From assembly GCA_013265495.1 (NCBI GenBank), contig MU058844.1, forward strand, positions 3,601,895 to 3,665,894: 64,000 bases of DNA, given 5' to 3'. Positions 26,770 to 39,590 of this stretch are shown in pieces. The translations under genes and the position numbers were made by a program. Under the pieces are notes generated by a model that had not been told where the DNA came from, ran no database searches, and worked only from the letters and a program-made list of their open reading frames with translations. This stretch comes from Vicugna vicugna. Taxonomy: Eukaryota. Position 1 is the stretch's first letter. The number at the start of each line of letters is the position of its first letter.

Positions 26770-27200
26770 GAGTGAATTTCCTCTTCCATTGTATTCTGAT
26801 TTCTTTTGAGGGGATTTACCTTTCCTCCACTGTGTGAGTGATAGTGGGAGGATGATTTCTAGTGACCATCTCCTCTGAGGGAAAATGGAAGAGGATGATC
26901 CTCCTCTCCCACTCTAGGGTGGTCGCAGGCTGGTGGGGCTGGTCTTGGGACTCAGGGTTGGCCAATTAGACCCTGTTCTAGAACTTTGACACTAGGAGGG
27001 AGGGACTATTTTCCATGATTCTTTTGGCTAAGAGGCAAATATGCCCTCTGCTTCTTGCCTCTAACTCCCTTGGATTTGGGGTATTTCCAAGCCTGTTCCT
27101 CCAGCTACTGTTGAGCTTCTGATAGACTTTCAGGAAGTTCTCTTTTATTAAAGCTACTTTGAGTCTGTTTCTAATGCTTACATTTAGAAATCATGAATCA
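26770..27200. mobile_element. Ancient ERVL LTR (LTR16-like)
   Basis: gatttcttttgaggggatttacctttcctccactgtgtg...ggttggccaattaga...tgagtctgtttctaatgctt. Confidence 0.55.
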
Positions 27201-28009
27201 TAATCTAGAAATCATAATCTAGAATGGGGGTGAAAGGAATAGTAGCTTTGACAAAATGGCAGCTTGGAGAAGCTAATGCCTGAGCTGTGCCTTCAGGACA
27301 AGAAGGGGTTTCCTAAGTAAGGGAGTTGGAATGGCATTGTAGGTAGAGGAAAGAGCATATGTAGGGCCTGGAGGTTAGAGCAGCTGGGAGCAGATGTTTC
27401 TCAGAAGAAATGTAAATAGCTTTGGTGGTGGCTGAGTAGTGCATGTGTGACAGCTGAGGCCTGGACGTCCTCGAAGAGATGTATGATAATCAGCTCTTTC
27501 CTCTACCAGCAGAAACTATGCTTTAGTCATGGTGATGGTACCTGATACAGAGACTGACCTTGAGAAGGGGCTTCGTAAATGTTCAGTGAAAAAGAATGAC
27601 AGCTGAGTTCAGTTCCTCTGAGATACTTTCTCCAAAATTTTAGTGTGGGAAGGACTCTGTCAGACTCTGTGTACCTGAAGTGGCCAAAAATCTATGTGCC
27701 ATCTGGAGGCTGTCCCTTAAAGCTGTGTAATTCCATCCTTGCATGAGGTAACATTGCACGTAGGACATTCCAGACAGTTGGGTTATTTCCTACATTTCCA
27801 TGCCTCTGAAGAAAAAAAGACAAAGTGGTATCATGCCTCTTGGCTACTTCAGTGTTTAGCGACGTCTCTGGCCAGGAAAGTTTCTCTCTCTCATCTACAT
27901 TTTCTTTGCGGCAGCTCACCTCACTTCCTGTTGCTCTCCTGCTGGAGGATGTGGGCATCATGCCCTTGTCAGCCTCCAAGGTAATAACGGCCCTTCATAT
28001 GCTGGGCTT

Positions 28010-28130
28010 CAATGACTAAATCGCCTTTAGCTTTTCCTTCCAGCTCTCTTCATCTGTTTCCCAGCCTTTAATCATCTCTGTGGGTCTCTTCTCAACCCTA
28101 TCCAAGTGCACAAAGTACCTCTTAAGGCAC
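28010..28130 (-). mobile_element. L3/CR1 LINE fragment
   Basis: ttcccagcctttaatcatctctgtgggtctcttctcaaccctatccaagt resembles antisense L3; similar decayed pieces near 4100-4330 and around the L1 at 22380-23080. Confidence 0.45.
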
Positions 28131-28389
28131 TTTTCAGCCTCAAAACAAACACCAAAGTTTCCAGCCTTGTTCAAACTGGCAAAATAAGATGAGACTTTCT
28201 AAGAAAAACTATTTGGGGGAAAAAAGGAAAATACATTTCAGGTGTTCCTGGAATATGAAATGACACACCAGTTAACCAATTAACTTGGAAGAAATCTTTC
28301 AATACTGGTCTTCTCAAGCTCATGTCATTTTAGGAGAGATTCTTGTCAAAAGATTCCCTAAAGGAATCAGAAAAGGTCAATGTCAGAAA

Positions 28390-29090
28390 TGTTTCTAGAA
28401 CATGTCCTATGTGCCAGGCATTTGGCATGGCACTTCGGAGCCAAAGATAAATGAGATGTGGTTCCTACTATGAAAAAGCTCACAGGCTAGTAGTCAAAGC
28501 AGAAACAAACTGAAGCCCATTCAGTGCACCAGATACAATAGCACAAAGAATAGGATGAGGAAGAGCCAGGGAGGAAAGGAGGAAGATAGCATCTCTAGCT
28601 GGTGAGGTCAGCTTTGAGCAGATTCTTGAAAAAGGACTCAGAGCTTTCCAGGTTTGAAAGGTAGGTGAGAAAGGATGTTCCTTTTCCTGGCTGAGAGGAC
28701 TGCATAATAAGAAGTACGGAGACGTGAAACAGCATTAAGTGTTCAGTAGTTGGCAAAGGACAGGGCAAGCCTGTGGCAAGAGAAAAGGCTGGGAGAATGA
28801 GATCACCTGGGGCTTCATGTGCTACTCAGAGGGGATGGGATTGTTCACGGCAATGGGAGCCATTAAATGCTTGTGAGTAATGTAATCATTTAGGAGGAAG
28901 CTGCTGATTATTCTGAGAATCACTCTGCTAAGAAGAGCACATTGGAGGAGGGAGATGGGGCTGGAGTGGGGTTGCAATAGCTGTAGGTTGAGGCTGGGAG
29001 AAGAGATGACTGAATGGAACTAAGCAATTCTGAGGAATTTCTATGAAAGTTGGGAATGAGCAAGTAAGGTGGATGCTTAGAGAACATGGT
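28390..29090 (-). mobile_element. L2 fragment
   Basis: cctatgtgccaggc...aagataaatgagatgtggttcct...caatgggagccattaaat...gaatcactctg. Confidence 0.75.
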
Positions 29091-30814
29091 GGGTAAGATA
29101 ACTCTCGAACAATTCCTCTATTTCAGTTTTAGCTTCCAGAGTTCAACTCCACCAGACTTCAGGTCATACAATTGAACAGCTACGAGGTTGCCTTCCATAG
29201 CCAGTGGGGAGAATATTCCAGAATTTGTGTCAGTTTAGGGCTCACAGAGTGAGATAAGGAGCTCAGCAGAAAATGAGACAATTCAGCAAATGACAACATC
29301 ATCCAGGGTGGCCCCCAAGAAGGGAAATAGAGCATTTAGTAATCTGTGGGATTTATGTACTTAGGATCTGTATAAGATCTAGGAGACAAGACAAACCCGA
29401 GAAAGTATGCATTTCAGATGCAATCAGACCAGGACTTTACTTACCTAATGGCTGAGAACAATGGGTGACAGTTGAGTGAGTGTGCAGTTCTGTGATTGCC
29501 CAAGTGTGTTGGCATTTTGTCACATTGTGGCTGCTGTGAAAAAACCTCCTTCTTCGGCACTTCCCTTCTCTGGAGGCTTGTAGTCATGGGACTGAGGGTG
29601 AGAAGGAGTCTGAGTGAGTTCTGAGGACAGGTCAGGGTCACTGAGGGAGTCTGGAGTGTGTGTGCTGGGTGAGGGGAGAGGGTGATGAGAGGACACAGAG
29701 CAGACCCGGAGAAAAGGGCAATCCTTGTAGGTGACAGGGACTCAGAGGCATAGGAACTCAACGGCACATTTGGCTGAGTCTTGAGGTTTAGGGGATGACG
29801 GAGAATGAGGTCAAGCTAGTGAACTTTCTGCCAGGGGCAAGTTCCAAAAATTCATCTGCAAGTCTTTGTCAGTTTGGTTTTAGAATGCTTTGTGTTGACA
29901 TTTGATTATTTTTCTTAGAAATCTAAGGCACAGAAGGAGCCCTAGTCCAGTGAATTAGTAAAAATGAATTCTTAGGATTGCATTCGAAAAGCTGGCTTCT
30001 TCTCTGTGGTTACTTTCTTTGATTCTCTAATCTTAAGAACAGCAATCCCACCAATAGCCATGCTAGGAGTCCGGTGCTTTACATATATCATCGTTCATTT
30101 TACAACAATGCTGTAAGGTGGGTGTGATTTTAGAGATAAGGACTCCGCAGCCCGGGAGGCTGATGAAATGCCTGCAGCTGCACTGCCAGTAAAAGGTTCA
30201 TCTCCCACAACCTCCTCCTTCCTCCCACCTCCCCCAGCAGTGGGTGAACAGGCTGGCTCTGAAAGTTTTGTCAGAGTTGGCAAAATAGGGTCTGCGGCTG
30301 GCTTGTTGGAGATCCTGGCCAGCAACTCACCAATGTTTTTCTGGCTCTGCTGGGCTGGCAAGTGATCTCTGTCAGGATTCAGACTAGAGCAGGGGAAGGT
30401 GACGTTCAGGGCCTGAATCATACTGCTGGCTGGCCTTGACTTCAGAGGCCAGTGTTCCTGTGATTGTTCTCTCTCGGGCTTTAATTTATGCCCCTGCCAA
30501 ACTGTAGCCCTGGTGTCTAAGCCGGAGAGAAAGGTGCACACCGGGCAGCTGGAGGGTTATTAGGCAGCAGTACAGAAGCCTGTTTAATGAAGGGCACTGG
30601 AGGGCGTGAGCACGTAGGGCTGGGCCTTCTTTCTTTGAGTGCTCTCCCTGGGTGGATGTGGTGTCAGTCATACATGATATGATATCCCTCAGAGGAGGTG
30701 ATGAGACTTTGCAGAGCTTAGGTGCTACCAGTTGGCATACCTTTAAAAGACTGTATTATATGGGATTTTTTTCTTGGTTCAAAGGATAATCTTGGATTAT
30801 AAAGTCATTCAATG

Positions 30815-32120
30815 GATAGTTTTGAGGCACTGACTATATTTGAAGCACTATTCTTGGTACTTGGGATACATCATTGATTAAAATGGACAAAAATGATTTT
30901 CCTCATTGAATGTATAGTCTAACAGATGAACGTTACTCTTCTAGGGACATACACTTACAATCAATTTCACTCATTTCCTGAGTGTCAAATAAGTGAAAAG
31001 CAGGAGACTTCGAAAATGAATAAGAAGCTAGCTCACAGGCTTATGCTCAGAATAAGACAAGGATGCTTACAAGTATATTATGAAGCAGAATATGATAAAT
31101 TCTACAATGTAGATATTAAGAGAGTGAAGTGGGCTTTCAAAAGCAGAACAGATATTTGAACATCAGGATTAGGCCTAATGGAGGGGGTGGCAATAGTGTT
31201 GCTTCTCAAAGGACAGGTAGAATTTTGACTGGTGAAGATGGGAGAGTCATATCCGGCGGAAAGAGAAGCATGGTAAAAATGTGGGTGTGTTTGGGGAGGA
31301 TTGAGAGGCCAAGTTTGAGAGATGAAAGCTGGGTGATACTGTGGAAGGAAAATAAGTAGTTGGGCCTTGTTTTTGTAGAAAAAGGGAAGTCATTCGAGGT
31401 TTATGAGTACAGAGAAGCATGATGGACTTCTTTGGAGGGAAGAGTCATTGATCCTTTGAGCAGTTATGTGCTAGGTACTTTAACTTACATTATTTTATAT
31501 ACCCCTGAAATGAACCAGCATTGTATGGAGCAAACTGAGGATTAGAAGGTTTGGGAAAATTGCCCCAGATCACACAACTAGAAAGAGATGAAACTGGGAT
31601 TTGAATATAAATCTATCTGGTTGTGAAACTTTATTTCCCCAGTAGTAGTGTTTACAATCATCCATGTGAGAAGAAACAAGAGCTTGAATGAGGTTGGAGG
31701 TAATGAGAATAAAAGGAGATGAACGTTAAGGAAGATGGTTCGAAATCGTATGTTGGAAATGGGTCCTGGGAAACCTCTCAATGAGATTTATGAGTGGAGG
31801 GGAGGAGAGATAAAAGAGGGGAAGGAGTCAGTGATGACTGAGGTTTTCACCTAGTAGAACAGTGGCACCTTTAATAGAAGCTGAGGAGTTGGGTGGAAGA
31901 ACTGGTTTTGTAGAGGAAGAGAATGAAATTGGTTTTGAAGATGCTTGCTTTGAGGTGTTGGAGGGACATCCAGATATTCAGTTAGAAGATTACGCTGCAG
32001 GTCTGAGCTCTTGGCCTAAGAACTGGGAGCAATCCATGTAAAGGTGACTGTTCAATTGGATGATATCATTGGGGGAAGAGATGGAAGGGCCAACCAAGGT
32101 TAGGCACTGGGTTTCAGAGT
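30815..32120 (-). mobile_element. Decayed L2 segments (purine-rich), interrupted by a MIR at ~31460-31630
   Basis: gcactattcttggtacttgggataca; ggaagtcattcgaggttt; ggaggagagataaaagagg...gatgactgaggttt; tttgaggtgttggagggacatcc. Confidence 0.7.
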
Positions 32121-33419
32121 AAAAAGAGCCAACAAATGATTCAATTCTTATTTTTTTTGAAAATATAGCCACAGTAAGAGAAAACAAGTGTTTAATTAAC
32201 AATAATATCCAAGAGTCTTGAGGATATGGATTTTTAAATGTTCCACAGTGACTCCCATGCTCCCTCATATGTTTGTTTGAATAACTTTTGGGTTATTTGC
32301 ATACGTGACCTAGAATGGCTCCTTGGCATCACAGTAGTGTTGCTATGTGTTGATGCCTCAGTCCCTCGTATCTATGAGGCTTGGGGTGTTTCTGGATGTG
32401 CACTGATGACTCAGACAGAGGCACTCCTGTTTGGGAATCTTTGAGCAACATCTCCAAAAGCCCTGCCTTTTTCCCCCCTCATCTTTTCCATTTAGTTCCT
32501 GGAAGAGAACATAATGATGTCTGGGGTCCTGAGTAGGAAGGTACTTTGGGATAAGGCACGGTCAAAACTTTAACCCCATTGGACTCTGAGAGCTTGGATC
32601 TGTCCCTCTCTTAGAAAAGAGCTGGAAAACCAGTTCAATCCACTTTGGAGAGGTTATGGAGGAAGACAAATTCAAGCAAGTGATTCATAGATTACAAGTA
32701 TCATGAAAAACAGGAAACAAGGAAGTAAGACTATAATCAATCCTAATAAATGGTAAGTGAATCCTCCCCTCACCGGTGGCAAAAATTGGCTGTGCAGAGT
32801 CATGGTGTCCCTTCCAAAGCATCAACATTATTGAATTTATGAAGTGCTGGTTCATGGTGTTTCATTTGCCTTCCCTGCTTTAATTTTTCCCTCTACATTC
32901 TTGTGTTCTTTCCTCAGTTCACTTGTTCATGGGCTTTGTTTGGGTCCCTGCCTGGCACAGAGTGAACATTCAATACATTCTGTTGAATCCTTCAGGTCAA
33001 AAGTCTACTTCTCCATCAATTCATTCATTCTTTCTCTTATTGGATATCTATTGAGTATTCATTATGTACCAGATTCTGTGCCAGTTCTTAAGGACAAAAA
33101 GATGAATCCAAAGCTGCTACTTTCCTAATGAAGCTCATAACCTAGTGGCACAGCAGTGACAAACAGAGTTAAGCTCCACTGGGTCAGCTTAATCACAGAT
33201 CTCTGCACACTTGACATGGGCTGTAGTGAGGAGGATGGAGAGGAGGAGGGGCAGGGAGAGGTCAGAGGAGGCTTCCGGAAGAAGGAAGCCTCCTTTCCTG
33301 TACTTCAGAGATCTCCCGGTATTGATTATTTTTTTGCTCTTTCTTATCTTAGACCTCTTCCTCTCTACTGCGTCTTTCCCACCAAACTTTACACTTGTTC
33401 AAGCTTCTGCTGTGGTGAG

Positions 33420-35290
33420 AAAAACAACTCTCCTTGGTCCAACATCCCTCTAGTTACTTTTCTCAACTACTTTTTCCTTCTCTCTTGCCTTTCACTTCCA
33501 AATCCACTGAATTCTGGCCCTCATCTTCACCCTTCCCTCAAATTGCTCTCAGTAAAGGCCACAGGTGGCATCTTAGTCACTAAACCCAATGGAGACTTTC
33601 TAGAGCTCTCATTTGTCTTCCTGGTTACATTTGCTGCAATCGACACACCATTCATGATCCTCCTTGGCTTCTCTCACCCCCCAACTCTCCTGGTTTTCCT
33701 TCTGCTTCCCTGACTGCCCCTTCTCACTCTGTAACAGACTCCTCTCCTTACAGAGTATCATTTAAAGGTTGGTACTTGTTGGAATTCCTGTCTTCTTGAG
33801 AAAATTTGTCTACTCTTATGATTCTATTTTTATCATGATGATTCCGGTAAATTTCTCCAGCCAGGATCAATGTTCTGAGCAACAGACTTTTATTTCTGCA
33901 TTTCTTTATCTATTCAACAATTATTTACTGGTGCCCACTATGACCAAACACTGTTTTAGAGTGACAGATTCAGCAGTAAAGAAAGTCCTTGCCTATGTAG
34001 TATTTGTATTCTAGTAAAAAAGATAATTCTCTCTCTCTCACACACACTCTATCAATGGAGAAAAATAAGGAGACTAGGGAGTGCTGGAGCAGAAGATTTT
34101 GCCCATTATTTAGGGGGAGTCAGCAGGTGATAATTAAGTAGAGACTTGAATGAAGAGAGGGCAGGGGATGAGCCAATGCAGATAACTGGGGGAAGAGCTC
34201 AACTGTGAGAGGAAAGAGCAAGACGAAAGGGTTGTTACCATCATTCTCCATCATCCTCACCTACAGTGAGTAAGACATCCCAGATGATGAGACTCTTCTA
34301 CCAGGGACCAGAGGTGGGTCACTGGGGGAACAAGTGACTAGTGTCACTTCTATATTTTTCCTTCTTCCCCTTATACTCAACAGATGCTCTTTCTTTTCTT
34401 GCTTAATGATGCTGAATCACACAGGTGGGCTAGGAAGAATTGAAATAGTCTCTGTAAATTACTGGCTATCCCAGAAGCCATTTGGCAACAATTATCTTCC
34501 CCCACAAAACCCCTCCTCCACCCCTGTTCTCACCCACAGTGACGGGCATTGTCATCCACCCTGTTGCCCAAGCCAGAAACACAGGCATCACCCTCCCTTA
34601 TCCCCAATAGCTTATTCATCACCAAGTTCCTGTAGGTGGCCTTTTCTCTCAAATCTATCCACTTCCCTCCATCTCTGTCTCCTCCGCATAAAACCAGTTA
34701 CTGTCATCTCTGATCTGGATTACCGCCCTGGACTCCCTGCTGGTTTCCTCTCATCTTGTGAGCCCCTCCTCCAATCTATTATCTGTAGGCCAGCTGAGGA
34801 GACGTCTTTAAACAGAAACCTAACTTTAAACTTCTATGGCTCCTTATTACAGGAAAAGATCCTATACTGCCCCCAGCATGCCATACTTCAGTGAAACAGA
34901 GCTATTTTGGATCCCTCAGAAGAACCATGTTCTTTCTAACACATGTGTGCCTCGATGTTATCATGCTAGTCCCTTAGTCTGGAGTGTCCTCCCCTCCCTC
35001 ACTCCCATTTACCTGGCTAACTCCTATTCATACTTCGAGTCTTGACTTGGATGTCACTTCCTCCAGAAAACTTCCAGCTTCGGTTCAGTGTCTGTTTTAG
35101 ATGCATCAGCCCTCCTCCAGTCATTGTACTTGTCACTGAGCCGTACTCATTTGTTTAATTGCCTGTACCCCGACAACAGTGTGTGTTCTGTGAAAGTGGG
35201 GACTGCATGAGTCCATTTTATCCCCATAGTCTCATCTCTGTCACAGAGTGGTTGTTTGATAGTTACTTCTTGGATGAATGAATGAGCAAA
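33420..35290 (+). mobile_element. L2 (two colinear parts ~33420-33897 and ~34470-35290) with an antisense L2 nested at ~33900-34230
   Basis: aaattgctctcagtaaaggccacaggtggcatc; ctctcctggttttccttc; gttgcccaagccagaaac; ends in ggatgaatgaatga. Nested part starts tattcaacaattatttactggtgcccactatg. Confidence 0.8.
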
Positions 35291-35720
35291 TGAAGTGGGA
35301 TGAGAGCAAAATTAAAAGATGAATACAAGTTACCCAGACAAAGGGGTGGTGAAAATAGAGTGTTCTGGGCTGAAAGTACAGCTTGAATACAGACACAAGT
35401 GAGAAACATGGTGAATGAATCCGGTGTTTCTGGGTTATTAGCTTGATTATGGAATTAGCAAGGAACTTCAGAGGTAGTTTTGAGAGACCAGCCAAATTGT
35501 GGCAGGTTTGTGGGTCAGGTTAAGAGGTTTAGATTTGCTCTTGTATGAGAAGCAATGAGGAGCTTACAAGGTCTCCTTTTAGATATTTAATGTGGGCAGC
35601 TCTATGAAGATGGAATTTGAGGGCAGCAAGAATGGAGACCAGGAAGAGTGGCTAGGAGGCTGTTCTATTGCTTTCTGCCTCTGCCTTAAAATATAACAAA
35701 TGGTTTTTCATCCCAACTGC

Positions 35721-36349
35721 TTTTTATTATTATTACTATTTTTAATTTTTCTTTTTTAAAAATTTATTTATGCATTTATTTTACAATACATTTAAAAATT
35801 GAAGTATAGTTGATGTACAATATTACATGTTACAGGTATATAATATAGTAATTCATAATTTTTAAAGGTTAGAGTCCATTATAGTTATTATAAAATATTG
35901 GCTATGTTCCCCATGTTGTACATCTTTGTAGCTTATGTTGTACCTGGTAGTTTGTACCTCTTAATCCTCCACCTCCATCTTGCCCCTTCCCCTCCCCTCT
36001 CCCCACTGATAACCACTAGTTCCTTCTCTATATCTGTGAGTCTGTTTCTTTTCTGTTATATTCTCTAGTTTGTTGTAGTTTTTTAGGTTCCATATGTAAG
36101 TGATATCTTACAGTATTTGTCTTTCTCTGTCTGACTCTTCACTTAGCATAATGCCCTCCAAGTCCATTCATGCTGTACACCAGAAACTAATACAACATTT
36201 TAAATCAACTGTACTTAAAAAGTAAACAAACAAACAACCAACCCATTTAAATTATGGGCAGAAGAACTGAACAGACATTTTCCAAAAGAGGAAATGCAAA
36301 TGGCCAACAGGAACATGAAAAGTTGCTCAACATCACTAATATCAGGAAA
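35721..36349 (-). mobile_element. L1 insertion with 5' inversion (antisense 3' end 35721-36171; sense pieces 36172-36349)
   Basis: T-rich tail plus aaaattgaagtatagttgatg...; sense ORF2 text gggcagaagaactgaacagacattttccaaaagagg; TSD tttcatcccaact (35706-35718) / tttcatcctaact (36350-36362). Confidence 0.9.
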
Positions 36350-36378
36350 TTTCATCCTAACTTCAAACGTTAAAATTT

Positions 36379-36984
36379 TATGGTAGTCAGAAATCTAAAA
36401 TGGCCCCCAGGACCTCTGCTCCCTGGTGTTACTTCTTGATTATGTTACATTACAAGGCAAAAGTGGTTTTTGTAGATGAAATTAAGTTGATTTATCAGTT
36501 TTCCTTAAAATAGTGAGATATTTGGGCTGACCTAACAAGATCATATAACTTCTTTAAAAAGTAGAGTTTTCTCTGGCTGATTGCAGAAGTCAGAGAGAAG
36601 TAAAGCATCAGAGGGATTCAACATGAAGGAAATTCTCTTGTTGACACCAAAGATGAAGGGACTGCTGAGGGAAGGAACCCAGTGACCTACAAGAGCTAAG
36701 AGAGGTCCCTTGCTGAAAGCCAGCAAGGAAGCAGGATCTCAGCACTATGACTACAAGGAAATGAATTCAGTCAGTGACAACATGAGCATGAAAGTGGATT
36801 GTTTCTTAGAGTTTAAATAAGAACTCAACCTGGTCCACCCTTTGATTTCAGCCCTATCCCACTGAAGAAACAGACCCAATCGTGCCATGCTGGACTTCTT
36901 ATCCATTACTATGAGCTAATAAATAGGTGCTTTAAACCATTAAGTTGGTGGAACTTTGTTATGCAGCAGTAGCAAACTAATACA
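36379..36984 (+). mobile_element. Solo MaLR LTR (MLT1E-like) with 5-bp TSD
   Basis: tatggtagtcagaaatctaaaatggccccc...ctttgttatgcagcagtagcaaactaataca; AATTT at 36374-36378 and 36985-36989. Confidence 0.9.
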
Positions 36985-37099
36985 AATTTCAGCAAGATAC
37001 TCTCATATGACTGTCCATTGTTCATGGAAGAGTTTTAGCCACATCTTTTGTTTTAGAAACAATTCTTTTTAGACAGTTTGTAACACAAAGGTAGCAAAC

Positions 37100-37310
37100 A
37101 CTAGGACCTCACAGAGTGCGAAATACCATGTTGAACACTTGACAATGGACATCTCACTTAACACTCACTATTGCCTTGCGAGAAGTGAGATTGACTATAC
37201 CTATTTTATATATGAACCAACTGAAGCTCAGAGAAGCTAACCAACTTGTCCAGGGTCATTCAAACAGCAGCTGGCAGATCTGGAACTTGACCTCAGGTTG
37301 CCTTACTCCA
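37100..37310 (-). mobile_element. MIR SINE
   Basis: cctattttatatatgaaccaactgaagctcagagaag...cttgtccagggtca. Confidence 0.75.
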
Positions 37311-39219
37311 TCATATAGACAGACTTGTCAAAAGGTCTAGCGATCTCATTAGTACTCACACATTTAGATCCCATTTTCTCTGAGAAGGATTTGATGGGCT
37401 GGATTATAAACTATAGGGCCAGACAATGGGAAAGATTTTCAGGTTCAGTTTGTGCAGTTTCTGTCTGAGGTAGATTAGGGAATCACCTTGGGCATAGTAT
37501 CAATTTACTCTCTTCTGTATTTTCTTATAATTAGACAAGGAGAAGGAAGAAGAAAATGAAAAGTAGTTGGAGGGAAATGGCTAGAATTAATAAAAAAAAT
37601 GGGCTTGATGTGGGTTTAAAGGCTGTTTGGTCACAGATGTATTCAATTTAGCAATCCCCTGTTTCATGTCCATTCAAGCACGGACAGGTGTCCTTTTTTT
37701 CATGTGTTAGAGAACGCTTGAGGCTGTCTGCCTTGTGCCAAGAAAAAAAAAGCAATTAAATATTTTAATATTTCCTGCCTATAAACTGCTCTCTGTTTTA
37801 TTACTTCAAATGCACTGGATTTAAAAGGAGGTGTGAAAGACTACTGAGCCATTAATAAAAGGCTGCAGCTGCTCAAGGAGAATAATGCTATGCGTTTTTC
37901 AAAGGCATGATTTCCGTCTAAGCACCTCCATCCGCAGACTGATAATTTATGACAGTCCTGAAACTGATACAGAAGCGTGAGGCAAACAGTTATGGTGCTT
38001 CTGGAATTTATTTGGGCAGAATACAGACAATGAGTTCTTTTCCTTGGGGAAAGTATAAAGGAAAAAAGGGAAGAAATATGAAAGCTGCCGTTCAGAAGTG
38101 ATGGTGCAAAGTAGAGCCAGCACACGATAAAGCAAATCTTTTCCTAGAGTCAGAGGTGGATTTCATATGGTTTGGGTTGTGAGATTCCTGTTTTTGGATG
38201 AACAGAATAAACAGTAGGGAGTTAGTGACTGATTTGAGTCTTTGAAGGCTTCCAGAAGAGACACATCCTAAAGTTAAAAGGTAAAAACCACAATGTGCTT
38301 CTATCTTTTCTTACAATCAACTAAAAGGGACCAAAGTATCATTTCTCAAAGATCTTAAACTTTATTTTTCAAAGAAAGATTTAGTTTTTCCTCTCAGGGG
38401 TGGTGTGTAACAGAAGTCAAAGGATGAGGGATGTTGGAGATTCAGCTCAACCGAGCAAGCTTTTGTTAAGTGATGGTGAATGCAAGTCCCTGCGTGGTGC
38501 TGGAAGGATGTAAAGAAAGCCCCTATCCTCACTCTTTGTCTTATGCAGACAACTTGGCCTTCTGTATGGACACCTTAACATCTTTGTGCTGGAAAGATGT
38601 TTCTTAAACCCTAGCCATTTCCTTGCCACTTTTGCAATTTTGACTGTGAGCCACCTTATTATTTACTTCCTTATTTTATTTACTTCTTTAAATAATTCAG
38701 CCCATGGTTTAAATTCAACCTCCTCTTAAGCAACAGATATCTGTGAAATCACAGGTCTAGTGTACTAGTTAAATCTTTTCAAATGTATCTTCAGATAAAA
38801 AAAGCTTAACAGCATTCTACCCCAAACCACTGGGTCCAGAAGTATTTACACATTTAGAACATTTTTAGGTCTTACAACAAAAATAAGGTGCATGTACTGA
38901 AAATTATGTAACGCCACAATGGGGGTATGGGTAACATATTATAATCAAACAGCACTTCCACAGAGAGACGTGAATATTTGCGCAAGATAGAATGTGGAAT
39001 GAATAGAGGTGTAAATAGCTTCGTATCTGTTCAGATCTGTTGGAAAACTGGTTTTCATAGCTATGTGGATTTCATAACTGCAGATAAAGAACTGTGGACT
39101 GTAAGCAGCATTTTAAAAAGTTTGTGTACAACAGAAAACAGAATTGTCCACAATGTTCAAGGTGTGAATTATATAACCTTTCTTTTATATATGGGCTAAA
39201 CTTCAAAAAAAAAAGACAC

Positions 39220-39590
39220 TTCTTTTAGTTGAAGGATGACATACATTGAATAAGAACTTAAAGAGCACTGATCTAAGCACACAGCCCAAATGACTTTTCA
39301 TGTGGACATATGTACCTACACAACCACCACCCAGATCGAACACAGAACACTTCTGGCACCCAGAATTTTTTTCTGTTCCTTCTCAGTCAATACTCCTCCC
39401 AGCCCCTACGCCATGATAACCACTCTTTTGAGTTCTATGCGTGAGTTCATATAAATGGAACCATATGACATATACTCTTACCTCTGGCTTCTTTCACTTA
39501 GCAAAATGGCTGTGTGATGCTTTCATGTTACTGTTTTATCAATAGTTTGTGCCTTTTTATTGCTGTATACTATTCCTGTATTAATTTTTA
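39220..39590 (-). mobile_element. Old L1 (L1ME-like) 3'UTR
   Basis: caaccaccacccagatcgaacacagaacacttctggcacccag...catataaatggaaccata...ctggcttctttcacttagc. Confidence 0.8.

Noticed and set aside
27692..27805. Minus-strand acceptor followed by a 37-codon frame (RHGNVGNNPTVW...)
   Set aside because: Unrecognised peptide with no linked upstream exon
33156..34894. Longest ORFs (185 aa at 33156-33713; 186 aa at 34334-34894)
   Set aside because: They lie in pyrimidine-rich decayed L2, are L/S/P/F-biased, start at non-ATG codons and show no recognisable domain
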